A stretch of 64,000 nt of DNA from positions 37,138,001 to 37,202,000 of the forward strand of contig NC_043008.1 in assembly GCF_006345805.1 (NCBI RefSeq), written 5' to 3'. This DNA comes from Octopus sinensis (Eukaryota). Numbering within the stretch: the stretch's first letter is position 1; each line of letters starts with the position of its first letter. The translations under genes and the position numbers were made by a program. Shown one piece after another: positions 51,557-63,500 of the stretch. The notes under the pieces are model-generated. The model did not search any database and was not told the DNA's origin. It saw nothing but the letters and a program-made list of their open reading frames with translations.

Positions 51557-52991
51557 TGAAGGTCGGCTGAAAAATTCATAGGCTGGCCAAGACACTCTCA
51601 TCAAATGTGACTAAATGAGGTTCATTTTTCAACATAGTCTCCCCTGTAGTTGGCACATTTTTTCCATCGGTGTTGCTGTGCTTGGATCCCTTTGGTAAAG
51701 AAGTTTCCATCCTGTTGGTCACAAAAAAAAATCATCAACACAGATATGATGTCATCATCACTGTGATACTGGTTCCCAGTCTAGTGTTTTTTTCATGTTG
51801 GCAAACAGATGAGAGTTAAGTGGGACTAAATAAAGAGAATAGGGAGGCTGGTCAACCAGTTCAAAGCTAGTCATGCACTGCAGCGATTGAAACTAAGGAC
51901 TTGTTTGCTGGAGTATTGTCCTGATGAAACAAAATCTCTTCTGTCAGTTTTCCTGGCCATTTTGTTTTGAGACCCTTTCATAGCTGCCTCGGCAAGTTGA
52001 CATAGTACTCTCCATTGATGGTAGAGTCCTTTTGAAGATAATTGATAAACACAATACTTTTTTTTATTTCGTTTTTGGATTTGATTTGCAAGATTCTTTA
52101 TATGTGTTGGTGTGTTGGTGTGTTGAAGCATATTCTGTTGTGTCTGGGAAGAGTCATTATCTTTTTGTACCTTATAATGTAACTCACTCACGGGTAAAAT
52201 TTCCACTTGCTTCTTATTTTTATTTTCCTAAAATTTTCATTGCATCTTATCCCTAATAACTGAGGCCATCATTTTCCCTGCAGATGAAACAATAAAATGG
52301 CCTTTGTCTTCTTTAGAGCAGGTGAGGAAGAATGCTTCCACCGCATGGATTGTCTCTTTGTCTCTGGCTGAAAATGATGAAGCCAACACTCATCCTGGGC
52401 TAGGAAATGTTCAAAGAAATCAACTGGCTCTACTTCAAACAATGTCGGATTTTCCTCTGATGTGATCAGCCTGGTGCACTTTTGATCAGATGCCAGAAGA
52501 CATCACTCTCACTGAACAGAAATCTTCATCATTGGATATGCTAATAACATTGGCTATTTGATATAGTCAGTCGCTTGTCATGCATCACCATGGGGTGGAC
52601 AAAATCAATGTTTTCCTTAGTAATTGCAGTCGGGTGATCTTCAAGACTCTCCCTTCCGCATCCTAAATTTGGCTGCCCCTTTTGCACTGTTGATAAAGCT
52701 GGAGCATCAGCCCCTAATGTAGCAACCATGTCAGCATAAATGTCCTTGTGAGCTAAACCCTTTTTTCTGCAGGTACTTGATAATAGCACGATGCCAAATT
52801 TCGTCCATTTTCAAGAGAAATTGCTACTAGTTACTTCTGAAGTCTTTTTTGAACAGACTTACATCAGTTTACCTGGAACAAAACAATGTAGTTATTATTA
52901 AAAGGTGCTAAAATTAATGCATGCAAGATTTCACAGCCTTTGCAGCATCACTCCTTCATAGTCAGTTGATGTACTTTTTAGCCTACACTTG
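51557..52991 (-). mobile_element. Near full-length decayed mariner (irritans-subfamily-like) with a 202-bp insert at 52056-52257
   Basis: MDEIWHRAIIKYLQKKGLAHKDIYADMVATLGADAPALSTVQK..., FLAQDECWLHHF.PETKRQSM, HQDNTPA, GIQAQQHRWKKC..GDYVEK*. Left TIR ta|tgaaggtcggctgaaaaattcataggctg; right TIR is diverged. Confidence 0.92.
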
Positions 52992-53018
52992 CATCTATTG
53001 AACCTTATATGGAAGACT

Positions 53019-53198
53019 GGGTAGGGGCCCCTACCCACTTCTGCCCCACTGGGTAGAAGCCCCTACCCACTTCTGCCCCACCTGTGGGAGGGGCTTCCTT
53101 GCCCGGATTGGCCTCACCAGCCACCTCCGGTCTCATGGCGGCAGTTCCATCAGATGATGTCAGTTGGTCATCTTCGAACCGAAGGACGAACATTATTA
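53019..53198 (+). mobile_element. Young 5'-truncated RTE 3' end with a 13-bp TSD
   Basis: PTHFCPTCGRGFLARIGLTSHLRSH (C2H2-like RTE C-terminus). TSD tatatggaagact at 53006-53018 and 53199-53211. Confidence 0.9.
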
Positions 53199-53666
53199 TA
53201 TATGGAAGACTACATGTACAGGAAGTCACAGCAGAGTCAATAAGACAAAAATAGGAATCAAGACATGGCTTACCAAATCTCATGGAGCATCCACAACAGT
53301 TCAGTTGATCTGGAAGTCTAGGCAATACAGTTTAAGATAAAGATTAATAACGGCAATGCTAAATCTGTATCAATGTACGGATCAGAATATGGGTGAGTGT
53401 TAAAAGGAGACATGAATCAGATCAATTTTTTTCAACAATGTGTGTCTGAAGTAAAATTTTCAGCCTCTTCTGAATAAACAAAGTTTCAAATAAACTGAGT
53501 CTCAAAACTAGTTGCAAGAGTGTAGGCTTCCAAATAAAATGCTGATACTTCAGATAGTTAGACTTTTTCTCAAAATGGACTGGAACATGAGACATAGAAC
53601 TGGCCACCACATGGAACATAACAGCTTAAAGATCTGTTGCAAGTAGGCTGGGAAAAATGAACTTTA

Positions 53667-53735
53667 CACCACCACCACCACCACCACCACCACCACCACC
53701 ACCACCACCACCACCACCACCACCATCACCACCAC
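53667..53735. repeat. (CCA)n microsatellite
   Basis: Seen directly; source of the poly-P/poly-G ORFs. Confidence 0.97.
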
Positions 53736-53827
53736 CACCACCACTACCATCAGAATCAAAATCTCCATGCTGGCATGATTTGGACGACTTGATAGGAGCA
53801 GGCAAGGGTGTAATAATAATAATAATA

Positions 53828-54358
53828 AATGCCCTAATACAGTACCAGACACTTGCTCTCATGATCTCTGATCTTGTCTGATTAGAAGTGTTATCATGTA
53901 CAGTGTTTTGTTTTGGTATAAAGATGGGCTACAGCAAATATTCTGTTCAATACCACAGATTTTCATGTCACTTGCTTGACCTTAACCAACTGAGCATGTC
54001 CAATGGTGGCTGATATGTGATCTCTGATCACAAGCAGGGTTAGTGGGGGAGCATTGCAGTCATGAGCTGAGAGGAATTCTTTACGGTTTAAATAATTCAC
54101 CTCTAGAAACATGGGTGCTTCGTTCAACATCCTTAAACAAATCTTATTCAAGGACCTTTTGAGTGAAATAGGCTATTCAAAAAGAAGAAAATTGTAACTG
54201 GGTCCCACCTTCAAGGTCATGTGCTGTTTAACTTGATATGAGATCACCATGTTGTGCATATATAGCTGTGATGCATGCACCTAGTGTGCCCTAAACAGAT
54301 GGATAACCATAATGGGTTTATTTGGGCTTTGTATATTTGTACCCCAGTGTCACTTTGA
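53828..54358. mobile_element. Family D element inserted in (AAT)n
   Basis: Homologous to 17664-18126; AAT repeats on both sides. Confidence 0.8.
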
Positions 54359-54389
54359 TAATAATAATGATAATAATAATTACTTGTGA

Positions 54390-54760
54390 TTTAGGCACAA
54401 GGCAAGTAATTTTGAAAGGTGTAAGATAATTGATTCTACCAACCACAGTACTTGATTGGTACTTTATTTTATTGAGCCCTAAAGGATGAAAGTCGAAGTG
54501 AACCTTGGTGGGATTTGAACTCAGAATGTAAAGAGCCAGAAGAAATACTGTTATGCGTGTTTCTGATACTTTAATGATTCTACAAGATTATGAGGGGTGA
54601 GAATTAGTCAATATTCATTGACTCTAATATTTTAATTTTTTGACCCTGAAAAGATGAAAGGTAAAGCCGATCTTGGTGGGGGTTTGAACTCAAAACTTAA
54701 AGTGCTGGAAAAATACTGCAAAAAATTTCTTCTGATGTACAAACAATTCTGAAAGCTTTC
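54390..54760 (-). mobile_element. Two decayed SINE B-like copies
   Basis: Repeated ccc.aaaggatgaaag...tttgaactca motifs. Confidence 0.6.
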
Positions 54761-55210
54761 TGGCCAATTGCTTTTAATAATCATGAATAGGTTCACAAAC
54801 ACTTACAAAAGTGATAAAATAATTAAATTTAAAAAATCCCGATTTCCAGTAAGATTTGGTGAGACATATGGTGAATTTATTAAATGTAATTTATTTAATA
54901 AACTTGCTTATGGCTGATTGAAACAAACAGTAATATGTTTATGGTGTATGAATTCAGTAATTTGAATGCTAAATAGCTTTGCTGAAGTAGAGGATATAAT
55001 TTAATGCACTGACAACAACCATATGTGATTAGAAGCAACTGAAGAATAAAAAGCAAAAAATACAGTTCAGTTTGTTTTTAAATTTTGATTGCAACATTAA
55101 CAGAGGAAAAGGCTTTTTGCAAGGCCCTAGATGAGACTTATCACTTAAAAGCTACACCATCTTTGCTTTGTTCATTTTTACATTTGTTTTGTTCAGTTTT
55201 TTTTTCCTGC

Positions 55211-55625
55211 CTTTAGCCCTCCAATGTGGAGTATAGGCAACTTATAGTTGAATTCCATGTCGCATAATTTTTCGCTTCTGTACTTATACTCTGCCATGAA
55301 TGTCCCCCTTTCTCTAGTTCCTTTTGTGTTGATCTCCGCCACGAGTTCTTAGACATACCTCTCTTTCTATAACCATCCGGTTTCCACTGTAAAGCACTTT
55401 TCGCTACATTTGGTGTTTCTTTTCTAATTGTGCTACCAATCCACTTTCACTTTTCCTTAAATATTTGCTCCCTAATCGAAACTTGATTTGTTCTTTGCCA
55501 TAGCTCCATATTGCTTATGTGTTCGGGCCATCTAATTTTATGTATACTACGCAAGTATCTGTTGATGAATGATTGCATTTGCTTATTTGACTTAACTGTT
55601 GTTTGCCATGTCTCAGCTTCCTTGG
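55211..55625 (-). mobile_element. RTE-clade LINE 3' fragment
   Basis: AETWQTTVKSNKQMQSFINRYLRSIHKIRWPEHISNMELWQRTNQ...KWIGSTIRKE..AKSALQWKPDGYRKRG.SKNSWRRS. Confidence 0.85.
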
Positions 55626-55924
55626 ATTAAATAAATATAGGTTTCAAATTTTGGCACAAGGCCAGTTATTTCAGATGAAGGGGTAAAGCAATTACATCGA
55701 CCCCCAGTGGTCAACTGGTACTTGTTTTTATCAACTGCAAAAGGGATGAAAGGCAAAGTTGGCCTTGATGGAATTTGAACTCAGAATATGGAGATGGGAT
55801 GAAATGTCACTAAGCATTTTGTCCAGCATGCTAACAATCCTGCCAGCTGGCGGCCTTGGATTAAATCAGTGGTTCCCAACAGTGGTTCCAAATGAGTTTT
55901 TCCATGAACCCCTTTTAATATTCT

Positions 55925-56210
55925 TAGGAGTGGCTCTGTGGTAAGTAACTTGCTTACCAATCACATGGTTCTGGGTTCAGTCCCACTGCATGGTTCCTTG
56001 GGCTAGTGTCTTCCACTATAGCCTTGGGCCAACCAAATCCTTGTGAGTGGATTTGGTAGAGAGAAACTAAAAGAAGCCTGTTGTATACATATAAATATAT
56101 GTGTGTGTGTGTTTGTGTGTCAGTGTTTATCCTCCCACCATTGCCTGACAATCGATGCTGGTGTGTTTACGTCTCCATAACTTAGCAGTTCAGCAAAAGA
56201 GACTGATTGA
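55925..56210 (+). mobile_element. SINE family A, 3'-truncated
   Basis: Head and body match family A; it may sit in a small hAT-like MITE that starts cagtggttcccaa at 55867. Confidence 0.85.
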
Positions 56211-56711
56211 CTAACAGTGGTGAACCCCTGGCCACACGATTGGGAAGCAGAAACACAACGGCTATGAACTCCAGGGCCTGGACAGCAAACTAAATAGGCC
56301 TGGGCTCAAATATTTAGCCCTCCAGTGGTGGCTTTTGTATCCAAAAGCAAAATATATAGCATTATGTGTAGCAGCCTTTTTTTGAAAAGAAAGTAAAATG
56401 AATAAATTTGACTCCTGATTAATGGTCAAGTAAGTTATTGAAAGGAATGGTATGAGAAAGAGAAAGGAGAAAGTTGCTCTGATGGAAGAATCTATTTACA
56501 CATGATAGAATGAGAGGAAAATGATTGTAAAATACTTCAAAGAACAGAAACTAGGTACATCATCTTCACCATCAATCACCACCACCATCTCCTCCTCCTC
56601 CTCCTCCTCTCATTCCCCTTCCTCCTTTCATTCCCTCCTCCTTCTCTCATCCCCCTCCTCCTCACATTCTTTTCTCCTCCTATTCTCTCCCCTCCCCTCC
56701 CCCTCCTCCTG

Positions 56712-56958
56712 TATGTGTGCCTGTATACATTTGTGTGTCTGTGTTTGTCCTCCCAACATCACTTGACAATCTATGCTGGTGTGTTTACATCCCCATAACT
56801 TAGCAGTTCGGCAAAAGAGGCCGATAGAATAAGTACTAGGCTTACAAAGAATAAGTCCTGGGGTCAGTTTGCTCGACTAAAGGCGGTGCTCCAGCATAGC
56901 CACGGTTAAATGATTGAAACAAGTAAAAGAGTAAAAGAGTAAAAGAGTAAAGAGTAAA
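56712..56958 (+). mobile_element. SINE family A, 3' half
   Basis: Matches the A 3' half with a (gagtaaaa)n tail. Confidence 0.88.
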
Positions 56959-56982
56959 GATATATATATATATATATAAAAT

Positions 56983-57360
56983 AAATAAATATAAGAGAGT
57001 GGTCACTATATTGCTCACTCTAGCACCAGTTAATCCAAAACGTCGGATGTAATCAATTGAACCACACGCGTATTTATCGTTATGGTAAAATCTGGCGTGT
57101 GATTGAGTGGATTTCATCCAGATAGTCTTGGCTGACGAGCTACAAATGGATTTTTTTGTAAGTAATATTACATTTAATTCATTAATAGCGAAACAATTGT
57201 CCCAAAATAATCTGTATTTTGTTATTTTTTATTTGCCCTGTCCGTGTGAGCTAACAGTCGTACTGGCTTTCATGGGAATCATGTATTTTCGTGGTTGAAA
57301 CCTTTTGGATTAACTGGTGCTAGAGTGAGCAATATAGTGACCACTCTCTTATATTTATTT
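56983..57360 (+). mobile_element. 378-bp element with perfect 58-bp terminal inverted repeats, carrying a hammerhead ribozyme (Penelope-like/retrozyme-like)
   Basis: 56983-57040 is the exact reverse complement of 57303-57360. The interior is CpG-rich and contains a consensus hammerhead core. Confidence 0.85.
57128..57205 (+). ncRNA. Type I hammerhead ribozyme motif; predicted cleavage after GUC (C57201)
   Basis: Stem I ttgg(57128-31)/ccaa(57202-05); core CTGACGA(57132-38); stem II gcta(57139-42)/tagc(57186-89) with a 43-nt loop; GAAA(57190-93); palindromic stem III acaattgt; then C17. Confidence 0.75.
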
Positions 57361-57539
57361 TGTAAAAATATTGTAATATGTTATAAAATATTATAATAAT
57401 CCAGGTTTCTCGTAGCACTAGGCCACTTGGTGTTGAATAAATATACTATTAAATTAGTATCTAATTCTCTCACCCTTATTAATTAACTATATATATATAT
57501 ATATATATACATATATGCATATAACACATATATCTTTGC

Positions 57540-57775
57540 AAACCACAACAGAATGGAAATCCTAAAATGAAAGTGCTTTGTAAAAAGCATTGGTGCTGGT
57601 ACCACATAAAAAGCACTCAGTTCATTCTGTTGAGTGGTTGGTGGAAGTGTATGTGGGGGTAGAACCCAAACCAAAACTGACTATGGAACCAAGTGTGACC
57701 TCCCGTCTTACTGGTTCCTGTCAAGCCATCCAACTCATGCCTGCATGGAAAACGGATGTTAAATGATGATGATCA
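57540..57775 (+). mobile_element. Decayed family C retroposon
   Basis: Ends ccatccaactcatgcctgcatggaaaacggatgttaaatgatgatgat. Confidence 0.6.
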
Positions 57776-59317
57776 TGAGGATTGACAGGCTTGCCTACCA
57801 AATACATTCACAAGGCTTTAGTAAACGCAAAGCTTTTGTAAAAGAAGTTTGCCCAGAGTGCCACACTATGGAACTGAACCTAAACCGACAGGGTTGCAAA
57901 GTAAATTTGCTAGTCATATATAATCATGTATGTGGCTATTGGTTTTTGTAAAAATATTGTTAGGTTTGAAAGCCTTGAGGAATTGTATGAAAATTTTGTG
58001 ATAGGAAATTAATATAATAATTGAATAAAATAGATGTTTCTGTGACTAAACAGACTTCTTTGCTTATGTTTTGTTCTTCGTTTGTTCTTGAAAATATTCA
58101 GATATATTTATTCGTATGCCAAAGCTAACAGTGTTTGGATAAAACTTTTTAATGATATGTTTTATTAATAATACAGATTAATCTATTTTCTATTGTTCTA
58201 TTTCCTCTTTCCACAAGACTTACAGCAGATAAGGGACTACAAGAAGAATAATTTAAACGAAGAAAGAGGAGACATATTGCTCCAAGAACCGTAGTTGATA
58301 GAAAGTCCCTCATTAATAATTTGCAACTGTAGTGTTCCCATTTAATATCCATTTTCCAAGTTTATGGGGATGACAGAGACCATTTCAGTGAAATAAAGAT
58401 TACCCAAGCATGGCTAATTTTACAGTTCCATTGTCCTTCTTAACAACCTGAGTCAGTGAGGCATTAGCTATAAATAAACCTTGAAATAGCAAAAACAAGT
58501 GAGTGAGGGAAGTAAAATTGAATTGAATGATGATACATAATCTAGAGATGATCATTATGATTAGGCTTATGGAACATTTTAATTTTGGCCTCGTGATACA
58601 TGGATTTATTCATAATCGGTAATAGAAGAGCCATAAAAGTGCCTTTGCTTCATTTTCTATCATTCATCTCAGCTCCAGCATTCATAACAATTGCAGTTGA
58701 TTTAATCAATTATGGATTGAGCTGCTGGTCAGTAGTTCAATAGATGAATGAATGGTCAGTAGTTCATATACTACCACAGCAGTGTGTACACGGCTGAAAC
58801 AATTAACTTTAACCAAATCAATCCACCTGGCTACAAATAGGTTACACACACAATTCACCATCAAACACTGACCATTGGTGCTAGTGGCACACTTGAAGAG
58901 TTGGTAGAGTATTGGACAGACAGGCAGCCTTATAATATTTGCTTTAATTAACCATGGCATGAGTTCAAACCCTACTGTGGACAATATTACTTTTTATTCT
59001 TTGAAGATGAAAATATGGAAAGTGCCAATCTAATGTAATGGATTGGCAGTACTGTAAAGAACATCAGACCAGAAGCTCTTTGCATTCTGCGTTCAAATCC
59101 TGTCGATGCCTTCTATAGCAAATAAACTTCATTACCCACCTGATTTGACACTACAACCTGGTCCTTTGGATATCTGCAGTAGAATCCACTTTGTTGAAAG
59201 CATTTGAGCCAGGTGTCTGGCTTAAGAACACTTCCAACCAATCTTAAAACCATCTAAATTGTCATGGGCACTATCTTCCCTCTTGACTAACAAAAAAAAA
59301 ACATTGAACCTTGGTGA

Positions 59318-59498
59318 TGATGATAATGAGGATGATGATGACAATGATGATGATGATGATGATAGTGATGATGACGATAGTGATGATGATGATGACAGCA
59401 ACGACGACGACGATGATTATGATGATGATGACAATGATAATGATGATGATGACGACGATGATAATGATGATGAAGATGATGATGACAATGATGATGAT
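59318..59498. repeat. (GAT)n/(GAC)n compound microsatellite
   Basis: Seen directly; source of the poly-D/poly-M ORFs. Confidence 0.95.
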
Positions 59499-60374
59499 AT
59501 TTTGTGAACTAATTGGAATGTCTATTAAAATTTAGTTTCATTAATTACTTTGTGAATTTAAATATTGATTCATTTGATTTCTTTTATCTTGAATCTCTGT
59601 CTGTGAGGGGTGTTGTTTTATTGTTGTTGTTCAGCTTAAGGTCAGCACTCATTGAGCTGACTTATGATGAAAGTTGTTGTGATGCATCAGACAAACTATG
59701 TGATTTGATTGCCTTAGACTCTAGTCATGGGATGCCACAAGAATTCTGAACAACTTAGACAAAATTTCTTAATCCAACTAAAATCCTAGAAACTCAGTAA
59801 TGAAGGAAACATGTGAGGTCGATGGTATAGTGAGAATGTATGCAGCCTGGGGCAGTCCTTAAGGTTATTGCTCCTATCCAGGTCTATGCAGCAGACCCAA
59901 AAGTCCTACCCTAGTAAAAGTACCACTCTGTGAGACTGCTCCCATCGCTTTCCTCTCCTGCTACACTGTTGGGTAAAATCACTCCTAGAACAGGTTTGAG
60001 TAGAATAAAAAAAGACGAGCATGTGATGTCATGATCTGCCACATGGTTTAGCAAGAAACACTTCAAAATTTACCTGATAACAGATTATTTTGGTCCTATA
60101 CCATAAATGTTCATAAAATGGTGGGTTTCTTGTTTATGGGGTAATCATAAATTTTTGATTGCATATTTCTGCTGAAGTAAAGATAGTGATAGTTAGAAGA
60201 ATTTCTGGGTGAAAACTGGGGAAAGAGCATGCATTGTAGAGCTGGCATAGAGTTCTAAATAGCTTGGTGCCAGATCTGCTTATGATTAAAGACAGTCCAA
60301 ACACAACCATCCCAACGTTTTTTCAGACAAAGTGTGACAACATTATCTAAAGTGTCTTTCTGTTTTGACGGAGG

Positions 60375-60790
60375 TAAGGAAAGAATGCAATCACAAACAC
60401 AAATGGCTAAGATAGGGTTCTTTGGAAGGGCTATGAAATAATGTCATTTGATAGAGTGTATAGCTCAGAAATCAGAGAAGCACTCCGGGTAGAGGCACAG
60501 TTTCTCTGAATTGAGAGAATACAGTTCTGGTACAATGAACAGATAGTAAGAATGTCTCAGGAAAGAACCACTCAACAGGTTTTTCAGGCAAAACCAGAAA
60601 GCACGAGACCTGGGTGTAGACCACGAGCAAAATGGCTGGATAACATCAATGAGTTTGTTTGGTCTCACTTGGGGTTCCAGCTGGGTCATTTGGAGATAGT
60701 TGCTTCTGACAGGCCCTGATGGAAGGCGTGCTTGAAAACTCTGCCCCTACCACCATCTCAGAAATAAGTGGATGAAGAAGATGGGAAGAA
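60375..60790 (+). mobile_element. RTE-clade LINE 3' fragment (Expander-like), related to 23036-23540
   Basis: DRVYSSEIREALRVE..L*IERIQ..IVRMSQERTTQQVFQAKPESTRPGCRPRAKWLDNI..WKACLKTLP. Confidence 0.82.
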
Positions 60791-62179
60791 GTAAGAACTG
60801 ACAGAGAACTAGTTCCAGTTTATTGCAGGTCATGTGATCATGCTGTCATGTGACCATACAGAGGTTTGTTTGTTGACTCAATAGCTCCATGAGTTATGCA
60901 GCAAGTATCAGTAATATTAAGGGGCTAAATTTACTGGAGAGCGTTCCTATCCTACAGATTTATGTCCTTGCACTAACGTGGGAGATTCCTACTTTTTTTT
61001 TTTTCTTCTTTTGATGGGGAAGAAAAGTAGTGTTAATAACCCTTCTAGGACATTTGAGACTAGAATGACGCAGAGAGGAATGTATTCTGCCACTGAATGC
61101 TTGCAACAGAATAAGCATCACTAAAGGCATCCAAGGTACTACTTTATATTTATCGATCCTGAAAGGACGAATGACAAAGTTGACCTAAGTTAGATTTGAA
61201 CTCAGGGTCCAGAGAGTCAGAACAAAAACCACAAGGTATTAGATTGGCATCTAAATTAAGAAACAATTAAAAAAATAATGCCTAGAGCACTTTAAAATGT
61301 ATACTGTTTTTAATATAATAACAGACTCATAAAAAATGCATTGCTTGTATTTTAATAACTGATGATGTGATATAATGTATCTTGTCTATATACTGTCTAC
61401 ATATAAACTATATAAAGAATGTATTGTCTATGCTTTAGTAATTTATTCATAAATGTATAAAATGTCTGTATTATAACAATTAGATTCTTCTGAGTGTACA
61501 GTTGTGCTGGAGGTAGGTGGAATAGACTTCTTTTTTGGCAGAGAAATGGATATATATAAAGGAAATGAGATAGACAGAGCATGTGACAGAATAATTACGC
61601 TTAGATTTATTATTGTAATGTTGCATGCTTTTGCATGATAATGTCATGTGACCCAACCTAAGGATCATGTGATGAAGACTGTTTAACATGGCTGCCATTT
61701 ATGTGCTGAGAAGTTTTACTTTGCTTTATGTATCTTGCAGGTAGCTACACTTTTATTTGGTTATTCAGTTGATTAAGGTCAGTAAAAGTAAGTGGACGCA
61801 TGTGCTTACACTTTTATTTTCATAAACATTTTATCGTTGGATTACATTAATGGATTTGAACAATGGATTCGAACCATTCAGAACTACAAATACAACCTAT
61901 TTGGCTATAACAATTATTTTTAATTGATGGCAAAAAAGTGTTGTCATAGGCAACGTAATAGCAAAATTGTTTCCTGCCGCACCACAGGAAAGACTGATAG
62001 ATAAGCTAACAGATTGTTTCTAACTTATAAACCACTTTGATAATAAATAACAGTGACTTTGATATCATGGCTGGAAACTTTAATGAATATAAAGGATGTT
62101 TACTTGGATGTGCATGTAGGCTATAAATCATTGATATAGTATAAAAAATGAAGTGGGATCAAGGTCTTTAGAGTTCTGT

Positions 62180-62385
62180 CGGGTGAAATGCGTAGCTGTA
62201 TTTCGTGTGTCATTACATTCTGAGTTCAAATTCCGCTGAGGTCAACTTTGCCTTTCATCCTTTCGGGGTCGATTAAATAAGTACCAGTTATGCACTGGGG
62301 TCGATGTAATCGGCTTAATCCGTTTGTCTGTCCTTGTTTGTCCCCTCTGTGTGTAGCCCCTTGTGGGTAGTAAAGAAATGGGTAT
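62180..62385 (+). mobile_element. SINE family B
   Basis: B core and aaagaaat tail. Confidence 0.88.
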
Positions 62386-62599
62386 AAATATCTAATCTTG
62401 TGCAACACTAACTTTAAGAAACAGGTCTTCCATCTGATCAATTACTACTCAAGCAAGCAGGCACTTAAGTGAGTTAGACTTTGAACTCACCAAGAAATAG
62501 GATAAATAGATGATTGAGAATAGTAAGTCTTACACTGGTGAAGAATGTATCACTCAACATAGATTAGTGGTAAGTAATATGAAAGTAAGAGAAGGGCAG

Positions 62600-63500
62600 A
62601 CTAAGTGAAACAAGAACATTTAGAGAAGGGAAAAGTAGGAACTGAAAGATTCCACTTCTAAGCATTAAGTTCAGAGAGATTCTTGGTGATGCGTATGATG
62701 AAAATGAAGATGAGAAGGAGAAAGAGGGCCCATGACTTAGAATACAACAAGGAATTTCTACAAGACAACTTGCTGTAAGTCAAAGTTCAGACATGTGATT
62801 GGAACAAGAAGTTTGGCAATGTTTTCATATGAAAGGATCAGAGGTCTGAGATGTTCTAAATCAAGCTGTTAGTGGAGAAAAGTGTGTTCCAAGGGACACT
62901 GATGCACTCATTCTCATTGATGTTGCAGATGAAAGGCTTGGAAATGCTATTATGGGAGGTTGATGAAAGGGAGACAATACATGGAAAAGAGAGAGGCTGT
63001 CCATGTAGATTCAGCAGAGGGACCCACTATTCAAGTTGACTGCTGCATAGTCAGAAGTTTGATTTGGCATATGTAATCAGAGACAAACTGTGGAGACACT
63101 GAAACTATTTGGCAAAGTAAGAATAGAATTAGTCACAAAACCAACTAAGTTATAAATAGAAGTATCATCGAAAGACATGTCTAGAAGTCACATCATCAAT
63201 TGCTACTAGGGCTAAGGAGATTCTCTAGAAGAAACGACTGTGGATATGTCAAACTGACAGACTAAGTTATGAAAGTAATCAGGTGTTATAGCATAAGGGA
63301 TCAGGAATTAGAGATGCAGTTTGGGTTTGTGCCAGGGTAAGGTACATCCAATGCTCTCTTGTTGATGGAGGATTTGAGAAAACTGTGCAAACTATGTAGA
63401 GAAATGTTGTTTGTAAGGTGAGGAATTTGGTGTGAAAACAGGTGTCCAGCTGGTCTTAGTTCACAGTCCATTCTTGTTATTGCAGGTATTCAGTCCAAAA
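62600..63500 (+). mobile_element. Decayed RTE LINE (linker/RT) remnant
   Basis: EMQFGFVPG*GTSNAL and EEFGVKTGVQL..SPFL fragments. Boundaries are approximate. Confidence 0.6.

Larger units (their letters stand above)
51303..53420 (+). mobile_element. Old RTE RT fragment hosting nested insertions
   Basis: 51303-51470 reads LGYVNDP..RDHLQEKTNELNNYAKQIDLIVNTSKTQVM (YADD-like region). It resumes after the mariner with EDYMY.GS..IKTWLTKSHGA..IWKSRQYS..NAKSVSMYGSE. Confidence 0.75.

Noticed and set aside
57359-57960. 16-bp direct repeat tttgtaaaaatattgt (57359-57374 and 57945-57960) as a possible TSD
   Set aside because: It is AT-rich and the enclosed DNA is a mix of unrelated fragments; chance cannot be excluded.
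59259-59535. Poly-Asp and poly-Met ORFs
   Set aside because: They come from a (GAT)n/(GAC)n microsatellite.
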